64,000 nucleotides of DNA from an uncultured Actinomycetes bacterium (lineage in GTDB: Bacteria; Actinomycetota; UBA4738; HRBIN12). Within the stretch, counting starts at the first letter, position 1. The number at the start of each line of letters is the position of its first letter. The translations under genes and the position numbers were made by a program. The stretch covers positions 105,349-169,348 of the forward strand of contig CAVVVF010000003.1 of the NCBI GenBank assembly GCA_963751665.1. The letters run 5' to 3'. This document shows, piece after piece, positions 31,154 to 40,459 of this stretch. Under the pieces are notes generated by a model, which worked only from the letters and a program-made list of their open reading frames with translations, did not search any database and was not told the origin of the DNA.

Positions 31154-31834
31154 CTACCCCTCGCGCACGATGGGCCTGGCCTCGGCTTCCCACTCGGGCA
31201 GGCCCTCTTCCAGGCGCCGGGCCCGATACCCTCGCTTGGTGAGGATCTCCACCGCCGCGTGGGAGAAAGCGCAGTACGGACCTCGGCAGTAGGCCACGAT
31301 CTCCTTGTCTCTCGGGAGATCCTTGAGGCGCCGGCGCAGCTCGGCGAGGGGGACGGAAACGGCGCCGGGGAGATGGCCGGCGGCGAACTCCTCGGGAGGC
31401 CGGACGTCGAGCACCACGATGTCGTTGCCGCGCTTCAGCCGGCGGGCCAGCTCCTCGCGCGTGACGGGCTCGAGGGAATCCCGGTTGCCGAGGTACGCCC
31501 CAGCCAGCCGCTCCACCTGGGCCAGCCTGTCGGCTGCCAGGGTTCGAAGGGTGCGGAGGAACTCGAACACGTCCTTCGACGCCAACCGGTAGCGGATGGA
31601 CGTCCCGGCTCGCCGCGTCGAAACGAGGCCGGCCTGGCGGAGGATCTGAAGGTGCTGACTGGTATTGGCGACGGTCAGTCCAAGGTGGCCGGCCAGGACC
31701 TCCACGCTTCGTTCGCCGTTCGCCAGGATGTCCAGGATCTCCACGCGGCGCCCGCTCGAGACGGCCTTGCCGATCCTGCCGAACTCGTCGAACAGGGCAT
31801 GCTTGGCCTCCCGATCGATCTTCACGTTCGCCAT
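31154..31834 (-). CDS. ArsR/SmtB-family regulator fused to a rhodanese domain
   Basis: Track ORF, 226 aa. wHTH segment RRVEILDILANGERSVEVLAGHLGLTVANTSQHLQILRQAGLV. Rhodanese segment VVLDVRPPEEFAAGHLPGAVSVP with active-site loop YCRGPYCAF. Confidence 0.85.
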   Translation of the reverse strand: MANVKIDREAKHALFDEFGRIGKAVSSGRRVEILDILANGERSVEVLAGHLGLTVANTSQHLQILRQAGLVSTRRAGTSIRYRLASKDVFEFLRTLRTLAADRLAQVERLAGAYLGNRDSLEPVTREELARRLKRGNDIVVLDVRPPEEFAAGHLPGAVSVPLAELRRRLKDLPRDKEIVAYCRGPYCAFSHAAVEILTKRGYRARRLEEGLPEWEAEARPIVREG

Positions 31835-31835
31835 T

Positions 31836-31855
31836 ATTCAAGTCATCACTTGAAT
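31836..31855. promoter_or_regulatory. Perfect 8-4-8 palindrome at the arsR-rhodanese start; likely autoregulatory operator
   Basis: ATTCAAGT-catc-ACTTGAAT at 31836..31855, beginning 2 nt upstream of the ATG (31834), in an AT-richer patch of the 258-nt divergent intergenic region. Confidence 0.55.
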
Positions 31856-32092
31856 GTCAAACCAAGCTTCGGCAGCTCTTGCAGGCGCCGCCCTCCCTCG
31901 ACACGTCCCCGCGTGCCCGGCTACCTTGCACCCGCAAGTCCGACCGAGGGGATAAGGATTTGATCCGCACGCGCTGCGCAGGGCAGGTGACCACCATGAT
32001 CCCGGACCGCTCGCCGCCGCAGGCCTCGGCGGCAGCGGAGGTCTCTCCCGGGCGATAATCGCCGCGGGACGCTCGCCGAGAGGGGGATCGAC

Positions 32093-32848
32093 ATGGCCGA
32101 TCCGAACTGGGAGCGGTACGGAGCGGGGACCGGCCTTGGGGCGGCCGTGCTCCTGGCGGTCCAACAATTCTTCGCGCCGCTGTACCCGAGCTTCGAGGAC
32201 TCTCCCTTCGTCGTTGCCCGGTACTACCGCGAGAACGCTTCCGCCATCCGCGTGCAGATCCTGTTCATTGGGCTGGCCGGGGTGCTGTTCCTGTGGTTCC
32301 TGGGGAGCCTGCGGGCCCACCTTCGCCGGTCCGAGGGTGACACCGGCCGGATCTCGGCGGTGGCCTTCGGCTCGGGGATCGCCGCCGTGGGGCCCATCGC
32401 CGTGGGGGTGCTGGCTACGGCCACCGCGGCGCACATCGCCGGCCGCATCGTGGGGTTCTCCGCGACGATGGCTCTCGCACAGGGGGAGCTGCCGGCCTTG
32501 GCAGCCGTCGGTCCCCTCCACGACATGCGACTGCTTTCCTACGCCCTCACGTGGTTCGCCGTGGCGCCGCTCCTGGCGGCGGCGGCGGTCGTGTCGGCCC
32601 GCCATGGAACGTTCCCTCGGTGGCACATGAACGCGAGCTACGCGCTGTTCCTTCTTTCCCTGGGCACCGGCCTGTCCATCCTCATCGACACCGGGCTGTT
32701 CGCGCCGGGCGGCGTCTACGACCTCGTGCTGTTCGGCCTGTTCGTCGTATGGCTCGGGGTTACCAGCTGGCTGATCATGCAGGCGTACACGCCGGTGACC
32801 CAACCGGGCACGACGCAGGAGCTTCCGGAGACGCCACCGGCGGCCTGA
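32093..32848 (+). CDS. Hypothetical polytopic membrane protein
   Basis: Track ORF, 251 aa, about 6-7 TM helices. Divergent from the arsR-rhodanese gene. No family recognised. Confidence 0.6.
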   Translation: MADPNWERYGAGTGLGAAVLLAVQQFFAPLYPSFEDSPFVVARYYRENASAIRVQILFIGLAGVLFLWFLGSLRAHLRRSEGDTGRISAVAFGSGIAAVGPIAVGVLATATAAHIAGRIVGFSATMALAQGELPALAAVGPLHDMRLLSYALTWFAVAPLLAAAAVVSARHGTFPRWHMNASYALFLLSLGTGLSILIDTGLFAPGGVYDLVLFGLFVVWLGVTSWLIMQAYTPVTQPGTTQELPETPPAA

Positions 32849-32862
32849 TCGACGGGAGCCGA

Positions 32863-34593
32863 CTAGGTGGACAGCCGGGCCGCGGCCTCCTGCTTCGCGC
32901 GCTCCTCCTCCTGGAGGACCCGGCGAAGGACCTTGCCGATCAGGGTCTCGGGAAGCGAGTCGCGGAACTCGATCTGCTTGGGGACCCGGTAGCCGGTCAG
33001 GCCCTGCGACGGATCGCGGGCCCACTGGATGATCTCCTCCGCAGTGGCCTGCTCGCCGGGACGAAGGACCACGAAGGCCTTGACGGCTTCACCCGTCTCC
33101 GGGTCGGGGACGCCGACCACGCTGACCTTGAGGATCTTGGGGTGGCGGTACAGCACGTCCTCGACCTCGGTGGGGTACACGTTGAACCCGGAGACGATGA
33201 TCATCTCCTTGATCCGGTCCACGACTTTGAAGTACCCGTCCGGATCCATGATCGCGACGTCGCCGGTGTGCAGCCACCCGTTTCGGATGGTGAGCGCGGT
33301 CTCCTCCGGCCGGTTCCAGTAGCCCAGCATGACCTGGGGCCCGCGGACGCAGAGCTCGCCGCGCTCCCCCGGTTCGACCTCGCGATCGGGGTCGCCAAGG
33401 TCCACGATCTTGCAGTCGGTGTCGGGGACGGGGAGCCCGATCGTTCCCGGACGGGCTCCGCCGACGACCGGGTTGGCATGGGTCACCGGCGATGCCTCCG
33501 TCAGGCCGTAGCCCTCGACCAGGTTCGCGCCTCCGGTGACCTCGTGGAACTTCTCCGCCACGGCCTGCGGGAGCGGCGCCGCGCCGGACACGCAGGCCTT
33601 GATCGACCGGAGGTCGTACTTCCGGGTCTCCGGCGCCTCGTTCAGCTGCATGTACAGCCGGGGCACGCCGGGGAACAGCGAGGGCTTCTCCTTGGCCAGC
33701 TGCTTCAGCACCATGTGAAGCTCGAACCGGGGGACCAGCACGAGCTTCGCCGCATTCAGGACGCCGAGGTTGAGCTCCGTCGTCATCCCGTAGGAGTGGA
33801 AGAACGGAAGGACGCACATGACCGCGTCCTCGCCCTGGACGATGGTGGGGAACCACGCGGTGGCCTGCGTCGCGTTCGCCACCAGGTTGAAGTGCGAGAG
33901 CATCGCCCCCTTGGACAATCCCGTGGTCCCGCCCGTGTAGATGAAGCCGGCGGGGTCGAGCTTGGGATCCACCGTGGCCACCGGCGGGATCGGCCCGGCC
34001 TGCTTCACCAGCGCGCTCCACCACTTCACCGTCGCGTCCTTCGGCACCGGGGGCCAGGGCTTTCCCTCGTGCCCGGCCTCCCGCCGGAACTTGAGCGGCG
34101 CGAGCTGCTTCAGCGGGAACTTCATGTAGTCGGTGATCTTGGTGGCGATCACGTCGCGGATGCCGGTCGCGGCGAAGACCGGTGCGAAGTTCGGGTACAG
34201 CTGGTCCAGGACCACGACGACCTGGATGCCCGGCGTCCTTCAGCTGGTGCTCCATCTCCCGCTGGGTGTAGAGCGGGTTGTTGCCCACGACGACTGCGCC
34301 GATCCGGGCGATCGCGTAGTAAGCGATCACGTACTGCGGGGAGTTCGGCAGGATCAGGCCGACCCGGTCCCCTCTCTCACGCCGAGCGACGCGAGCACGG
34401 CCGAGAACCGCTCCACCTCGTCCAGGAGGAATCGGTAGGACATGTGCCGGCCGAACCACGCCATCGACGGTCGGTCGGGGAACCTCCCGGCCGAGCCCTC
34501 GAGCATGGAGAACACCGAGGCCTCCGGATACGGCTCGAGCGTGCGGGGAACGGCGGCCGGGTAGCTCTTGAACCACGGGCGATGGTCGGTCAC
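32863..34593 (-). CDS. fadD: Long-chain fatty-acid-CoA ligase; 2 frameshifts as given
   Basis: GTG 34593 (VTDHRPWFKSYPAAVP) in ORF 34354..35001, then ORF 33089..34576 (GDRVGLILPNSPQYVIAYYA), then ORF 32863..34215 (YTGGTTGLSKGAMLSH, GYGLTE, WLHTGDV, GKVLRR). Shifts lie near 34372 and 34230. Confidence 0.82.
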
Positions 34594-34671
34594 CGCCGCA
34601 TCATTCCAGAACGGACCGGCCCGGCTCAACGCGCCAGGCCAGGTGGGCCTTCGTCCGATACGCTCGCCGCC

Positions 34672-37008
34672 GTGGCCGGCTGGGTGGACGAGGTGCAGGA
34701 GGCGGCGAAGCGAGCGCTGCCGCCGGTCGAGGGCGAGATCAGGGTGCCCGGCTTCCACGAGCCGGTCGAGGTGATCCGGGATCGGTGGGGCGTTCCCCAC
34801 ATCTACGCCGAGAACCTCGACGACCTCTTCTTGGCGCAGGGGTTCGTGGTGGCCTCGGAGCGGCTGTTCCAGCTCGACGCGGCGCTCCGCCTGGCGAACG
34901 GGCGCCTGGCCACGATGTTCGGCGAGCTCGTGGTGTCCTTGGACCGGTTCGCCCGGACCGTGGGCTGGAACCGGGCCGGCGCGAGGATCGCCTCCGACCA
35001 CGACGACCCGTCACGGCAGATCACGTCGGCCTACCGGGCAGGCGTGCGCGCTTGGCTCGACGCGATGCCGGCCAAGCCGGCCGAGTACGTAGTGCTGGAC
35101 CTCGAGCCCGACCTACCGAACGAAGAGGCCTACTGGACCTCGGCGGCGGTTCTGATGGCATGGGGCCTCTCCGGCAACTGGGACAACGAGCTGCTTCGTG
35201 CTGAGATCGCCGAGCGTCTCGGATGGGACGCGATGCTCGACCTGTTCCCGGATGTTCCTTCCGAGGCGCCATCCGTGATCGCCGGCACTCGACCGTACCC
35301 GTCGGCCCTGGAACTGTTGAGGACCTCACCTCGTAAGCCGGCCGGCCAGGGCTCCAACAACTGGGTCGTGGCCGGCTCGCGCACGGCCACGGGCAAGCCG
35401 CTCCTGGCCAACGACCCGCACCTGGCCACCCAGATGCCCTCGATCTGGTTCGAGGTGCACCTGTCCGCGCCCGGGTACGAGGCCTCCGGCGTGGCCCTGC
35501 CGTTCTCGCCGGGCGTCCTGATCGGGCGCACCGCCCACCACGCCTGGGGGTTCACCAACGTTGGCGGGGACACCCAGGACCTCTACGTCGAGCGGCTCTC
35601 CGAGGACGGCAGCGCGGCCCTGTACGAGGGCGAGTGGGAGCCGCTCACGATCCATCGCGAGGAGATCCTGGTCCGCGGCCGCGACGAGCCGGAGGTGTTG
35701 GAGGTTCGGGAGACCCGCCACGGCCCCATCCTGGACTCGTACCTGGTCGGGAGGACGAATCCGGTGGTCGTCGAGGGAGGGGTCCACCAGATGTACTCGC
35801 TCCGGTGGACCGGCTACGAGCACGCCGTCATGCCCTCCTCCGTGCTCCGGATGGCCGGTGCGGGGAGCTTCGAGGAGTTCCGCGAGGCCGTGCGGACGTG
35901 GGAGTGCCCCGGCCAGAACGTCGTCTACGGGGACGTGGAAGGAACGATCGGCTACCAGTGCACCGGCCTGTACCCCGTGCGGCGCAACGGCGACGGCACG
36001 GTCCCCGTTCCCGGCTGGACCGATGAGTACGAGTGGGAGGGGTTCGTCCCGTTCGAGGAGCTCCCGTGGAACGTCGATCCCGACGAGGGCTTCCTGGCCA
36101 CGGCCAATAACAAGGTGCACGGCGACTCCTACCCGCACTTGATCGGCCGGGACTTCCTGCCGCCGTTCCGGGCGAGGCGCATCGTCGAGCTCCTGACCGC
36201 GACGGAGCGACACACCCGCGACACGTTCTCGGCGATCCAGCTCGACACGGTCTCGATCCCGGCTCGGAACATCGCCCGGCACCTCGTCGAGGTCGAGCCG
36301 GCGAACGACCGGCAGAAGGAGGCCCTCTCCCACCTCCAGGACTGGGACGGCGACCTGGCCGCCGGATCGGTGGCCGGGTGCGTCTACCAGGTGTGGTCGA
36401 AGCACGTCGCCCGGCAGGTGCTCCTGCCTCGCCTGGGACCGGAGCTGTACACCCACTACTACGGACGGCGCGACGGGTCCAACGGCTTCCAGTTCCAGGT
36501 GCTCCCCATCCTGCTGGCCAACCCGACGGCCCGGTGGTTCGGGGCGCACGGGCGCGAGGCTCGCGACGATGTCCTTCGCCGCGCGCTGGACGACGCGATC
36601 GAGGAGCTCGCCGGCCGGCTTGGCGACGACATGGACGCCTGGCGGTGGGGGGCGGTGCACCGGGTCGTGTTCGCCGGGCCGCTCGCCCTGATCCCCGACC
36701 TCGCGGAGCTCTTCACCGGTGGGGTCGTCGAGGCCGGCGGGGACGAGCAGACCATCTGCCAGGGCGGGTTCGAGCCCGACCACTCCTACGACGTCGCGGT
36801 GCTGCCCTCCTGGCGTCAGATCGTGGATCTCTCCGACCCGGACGCCGCGGTAGGGGTCCACACGACCGGACAGTCGGGCCACCCGGCGTCGGGACACTGG
36901 AACGACCTCCTCCCGCTTTGGGCGAAGGGCGAGCACCACCCGCTGGTGTTCACCAGGCCCGCCGTAGCGGACCATGCCGAGGCCACTCTCACCCTGGCGC
37001 CGCGGTAA
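34672..37008 (+). CDS. Penicillin acylase family (Ntn hydrolase) protein; start uncertain
   Basis: The 3' 780 codons of track ORF 32551..37008. Motifs DRWGVPHIYAENLDDLFLAQGFVVASERLFQLD, and GQGSNNWVVAG (Ser nucleophile after the spacer), plus FLATANNK. Candidate starts are GTG 34672 or ATG 34582. No obvious signal peptide. Confidence 0.8.
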   Translation: MAGWVDEVQEAAKRALPPVEGEIRVPGFHEPVEVIRDRWGVPHIYAENLDDLFLAQGFVVASERLFQLDAALRLANGRLATMFGELVVSLDRFARTVGWNRAGARIASDHDDPSRQITSAYRAGVRAWLDAMPAKPAEYVVLDLEPDLPNEEAYWTSAAVLMAWGLSGNWDNELLRAEIAERLGWDAMLDLFPDVPSEAPSVIAGTRPYPSALELLRTSPRKPAGQGSNNWVVAGSRTATGKPLLANDPHLATQMPSIWFEVHLSAPGYEASGVALPFSPGVLIGRTAHHAWGFTNVGGDTQDLYVERLSEDGSAALYEGEWEPLTIHREEILVRGRDEPEVLEVRETRHGPILDSYLVGRTNPVVVEGGVHQMYSLRWTGYEHAVMPSSVLRMAGAGSFEEFREAVRTWECPGQNVVYGDVEGTIGYQCTGLYPVRRNGDGTVPVPGWTDEYEWEGFVPFEELPWNVDPDEGFLATANNKVHGDSYPHLIGRDFLPPFRARRIVELLTATERHTRDTFSAIQLDTVSIPARNIARHLVEVEPANDRQKEALSHLQDWDGDLAAGSVAGCVYQVWSKHVARQVLLPRLGPELYTHYYGRRDGSNGFQFQVLPILLANPTARWFGAHGREARDDVLRRALDDAIEELAGRLGDDMDAWRWGAVHRVVFAGPLALIPDLAELFTGGVVEAGGDEQTICQGGFEPDHSYDVAVLPSWRQIVDLSDPDAAVGVHTTGQSGHPASGHWNDLLPLWAKGEHHPLVFTRPAVADHAEATLTLAPR

Positions 37009-37020
37009 CCTAGCCGAACG

Positions 37021-37275
37021 ATGCCGGAGTCACGAGGACGACAGAAGCAGCGGCGCCGGCCGTACGTGCCCGCGCCCCAGAAGAAGAAGCGCAAGCCCAG
37101 CCCCCGGTGGTTCGGCGTGTTGATCCTGGGCCTGATGGGCGTGGGCGTGGCCATGATCGTCCTGAACTACATGGGGTTGCTGCCGGGCACGCAGTTCGGG
37201 GCCCGGAACCTGTACCTGTGGCTCGGCCTGGGCCTGATCGCCCTGGGGTTCGCCGGTGCCACCCAGTGGCGCTGA
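37021..37275 (+). CDS. crgA: CrgA, small two-TM cell division protein
   Basis: Track ORF, 84 aa. Basic N-terminus MPESRGRQKQRRRPYVPAPQKKKRKPSPRWFGVLILGLM and two TM helices, the CrgA (Rv0011c) architecture. Confidence 0.82.
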   Translation: MPESRGRQKQRRRPYVPAPQKKKRKPSPRWFGVLILGLMGVGVAMIVLNYMGLLPGTQFGARNLYLWLGLGLIALGFAGATQWR

Positions 37276-37405
37276 CGCGGGACGCCCGGGTCGAATCACA
37301 GCCATGTGATCTTCCACAGCGTCGTCCACAGGTGGGGGAAATGACAGGCCTGTGATCCCCTCGGCTTCGCGATTGAGGATCGGGTGGGGAAAACCGCTTC
37401 TCTCG

Positions 37406-37414
37406 TGTGGATAA
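37406..37414 (-). promoter_or_regulatory. Perfect DnaA-box 9-mer TTATCCACA
   Basis: TGTGGATAA on the plus strand at 37406..37414, in the crgA-downstream intergenic region. That region also holds several TCCACA/CACAG copies (37297..37354). Confidence 0.4.
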
Positions 37415-37416
37415 CC

Positions 37417-37686
37417 TCAGCCGGGGGTCAGGTCGCCGGCGGCGGGGCGCCGAACGACCTCCATCGGCTCCCCACAGTGCCTGGGGATCTGGAGCTCCCC
37501 CAGCCTGGTCACGCGGAACTCCGTACCGCACTCCCGGCACACCAGGAAGACCTCCAGCTCCTCGACGTCCTCGACGTCGGGGCTCTTCCTGGGGCCCGGA
37601 CCGGAGGCGGCCCGGAGCGCGACGAGCCCCACCCAGGCGATGGCCACCCCCATCAGGACCGCCGTGAGCACGACCCACCAGCTCAC
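37417..37686 (-). CDS. Small membrane-anchored zinc-ribbon protein (89 aa)
   Basis: GTG 37686 (GTGA overlap with the thiolase stop) in ORF 37417..37902. TM helix [22 protein letters not shown], then CRECGTEF...IPRHCGEP. Confidence 0.55.
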   Translation of the reverse strand: MSWWVVLTAVLMGVAIAWVGLVALRAASGPGPRKSPDVEDVEELEVFLVCRECGTEFRVTRLGELQIPRHCGEPMEVVRRPAAGDLTPG

Positions 37687-38880
37687 GCGACGCGCTCCAC
37701 GACCGTGGCGTTCGCCATCCCACCGCCCTCGCACATGACCTGGAGCCCGTACCGGCCATCGCGCCGCTCGAGCTCGGCGACCAGGTCGGCCATCAGCCGG
37801 GCGCCGCTCGCCCCCACCGGGTGGCCCATAGCGATGGCGCCGCCGTTCGGGTTCACGTGCTCGTCGAACCAGGCGGGCGGGATGTCGAGCTCCCGCTTCC
37901 ACGCCAGCACGACCGACGCGAAGGCCTCGTTGATCTCCACCACGTCAACGTCCTCGAGCGTCAGGCCGGCCCGGTCGAGCACCATGCGGGTGGCGGGGAT
38001 GGGGCCGGTCAGCATGAGCACCGGGTCGTCGCCGACCACGGCGAAGGACACCAGCCGGGCGCGTGGCCGAAGCCCGAGCTCCTGGGCCTTCTCGCCCGGA
38101 GGCCACCAGCACCGCGGCGGCGCCGTCGGAGATCTGCGAGGAGTTCCCTGCCGTGACGGTCCAACCAAGCCGGCCGGGGAACATCTCCTCGAAGTCCGGG
38201 GATCGGAACGCCGGTTCCAGGGTCCGCATCCGATCCCGGTCGGGCTCCATCCGGACGCCCTCGTCCCGGTCCAGCAGCTCCCCATCGCCGTCGGGCTTCA
38301 CCAGCACGAGGTGCTCTCGGAACCATCCCTCGCGGGTGGCTCGGGCGGCGCGCTCGTGCGAGCGATAGCCGAGGTCGTCCTGCTCCTCGCGGGAGATGTG
38401 CCATCTCGAGGCGATCAGCTCGGCGGAGATGCCCTGGGGGACGAGCTTGCCCTCGTACCGAAGGGACAGCGACGGCGGGAACGGGTTGCCGCCCGCGACC
38501 GAGGAGCCGAGCGGCACGCGGGTCATGTGCTCCAGGCCCGAGGCCACGACGAGGTCGTAGGCTCCGGCCACGACCCCTTGCGCGGCGAAGTGGATGGCCT
38601 GCTGCGAGGACCCACACTGCCGGTCGACGGTGGTGGCGGGAACGCCCTCCGGCAGCCCGGCCGCGAGCCAGGCGTTGCGAGCTACGTTGAGCGATTGATC
38701 GCCGACCTGCGAGACGCACCCGGCGATGTGGTCGTCCACGAGCGCAGGATCGATGCCAGTCCGGTCCACCAGGTCTCGAAGGACCGCCGAGAGGAGGTCC
38801 ACGGGATGGACACCCGCATGGGCGCCGCCTCGCCTGCCCACGGGCGTCCGGATGGCCTCGACGATGACTGCCTCGCGCAC
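37683..38880 (-). CDS. Thiolase (acetyl-CoA acyltransferase family); 1 frameshift as given
   Basis: ORF 37945..38880 ([30 protein letters not shown] active Cys) joins ORF 37683..38285 near 38096 ([36 protein letters not shown]). Confidence 0.85.
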
Positions 38881-38983
38881 GGTGCCTCCTCAGGCCGCGC
38901 CCTTCGAGTCTACGCACGGCGGGTCGATCCCAACCGCCGGCCTCCGTGCCACAATCGGTCGGGATCCGACGACAGGAGGCGGT

Positions 38984-40215
38984 GTGGGCGCGTACGATGC
39001 GGTGCAAGGGTTCTTCGAGGCCGCCGCAGACAGGCTGGGGCTCGATGCCTCGATGCGAGCCCTGCTCGATACCCATCGCCGGTCAACGACCGTGCAGGTA
39101 CGCGTTCCGATGGACGACGGCGCGCTGGCCACGTTCGAGGGGTACCGGATCCAGCACAACAACGCGCGGGGCCCGTACAAGGGTGGCCTTCGCTACCACC
39201 AGACCGTGGCCCTGGACGAGATCAAGTGCTTCTCGGCCCTCATGACGTGGAAGTGCGCGCTCCTCGACATCCCGTTCGGCGGCGGCAAGGGGGGCGTGGC
39301 CGTCGACCCCAAGAAGCTGTCGGGGGAGAGCTCGAGCGGCTCTCGCGCTCGTTCATCCGAGAGATCGCCCCCGTGATCGGTCCGTACACCGACATCCCCG
39401 CTCCGGACGTGAACACCGGGGCCCGCGAGATGGGGTGGATGTACGACGAGTACAGCCGGATGTACGGGGACACGCCGGCGATCTTGACCGGCAAGCCCAT
39501 CGCCCTCGGCGGCTCGCTGGGGCGCGAGCAGGCCACCGGCCGCGGTGGGTTCCTGTGCCTGGACCGCATCGCCCACCACCGCGGGTGGACCCGGGAGAAG
39601 ATCCGCGTCGCCGTAGAGGGCTACGGCAACGCGGCGTCCTGGTTCTCGATCTTCGCGAACGCCGCCGGCTACCGGATCGTCGCCGTATCCGACAGCAAGG
39701 GCGCCATCCACAATCCCGAAGGACTCGATCCCAAGGCCGTCCTGGAGCACAAGAAGGCCACGTCGAGCGTGATCGACTTCAAGCAGGCCGACACGATCAC
39801 CGGCGAGGACCTGTTCGCGCTCGACTGCGAGGTCCTGGTGCCGGCGGCCATGGAGGAGCACATCCGCGACGACAACGCCGACGCGGTCCAGGCGAACCTG
39901 ATCCTGGAGGTCGCCAACTATCCGACCACGCCGAAAGCGGACGAGATCCTCAAGGCGAAGGGCGTGACGGTGATCCCCGACATCCTGGCCAGCGCCGGAG
40001 GCGTCGTGGTCTCCTACATCGAGTGGGTCCAGAACCTGGAGCGAGAGCGGTGGAGCGAGGACCAGGTGAACGGGCGTCTGGCCGAGCTGATGTACGCGGC
40101 CACCGACGCCGTGCTCGGACGGGCCCACGAGAAGGGCGTCACCCATCGCGAGGGGGGATACGAGATCGCGGTCGACCGGGTGGCGGAGGCCGAGCGGCTG
40201 CGCGGCCACTGGTAG
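38984..40215 (+). CDS. gdhA: Glutamate dehydrogenase (Glu/Leu/Phe/Val dehydrogenase family); 1 frameshift as given
   Basis: GTG 38984 after AGGAGG, in ORF 38726..39376 (GPYKGGLRYH, LMTWKCALLDIPFGGGKGG). A -1 shift near 39323 moves into the frame of ORF 37384..40215 (PAPDVNTGAREMGWMYDEY, GREQATGRG, VEGYGNA). Confidence 0.85.
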
Positions 40216-40237
40216 GCCGGCGAGGCCGGGCCGCCAC

Positions 40238-40459
40238 CTAGGGCTTGAGGTGGCGGAGCAGGAACTCGAGCTTCGCGCCGACTTGCCGGACCTCCTCGTC
40301 CACGACGTAGGACACGTGGCCGGCGTCGAACCGGTAGACCTCCACGTCGCCTCCGGGTGAGCGAACCGCATCGACCCAGTGCATGGCTTGCTCCGGCGGG
40401 CACCGCGTGTCGTGCTCGCCGATCATCACGGCACACACGCCCGGACACCGACGTACCAT
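40238..40459 (-). pseudogene. C-terminal remnant (about 65 aa) of an alpha/beta-hydrolase (S9 / dienelactone-hydrolase-like)
   Basis: Track ORF, 73 aa. VMIGEHDTRCPPEQAMHWVDAVRSPGGDVEVYRFDAGH...LEFLLRHL is the typical end of such hydrolases, carrying the catalytic Asp and His region. The space where the other several hundred codons would lie is occupied by mntH on the opposite strand. Confidence 0.5.

Noticed and set aside
32551-34671. 5' two-thirds of track ORF 32551..37008 (1485 aa)
   Set aside because: It is antisense to fadD and overlaps the 3' end of the 32093..32848 membrane gene in another frame on the same strand. Only the part from about 34.6 kb onward shows penicillin-acylase motifs.
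37384-38983. 5' part of the 943-aa ORF 37384..40215
   Set aside because: It is antisense to the thiolase and the small zinc-ribbon gene. Only its last 300 codons or so (from about 39323) are real, as the C-terminal part of glutamate dehydrogenase.
40383-40457. Upstream extension of mntH (track ORF starts at 40383)
   Set aside because: The extension overlaps the hydrolase remnant and has no NRAMP similarity. ATG 40458 precedes the conserved LGPG...DDDPSGI block at a normal distance.
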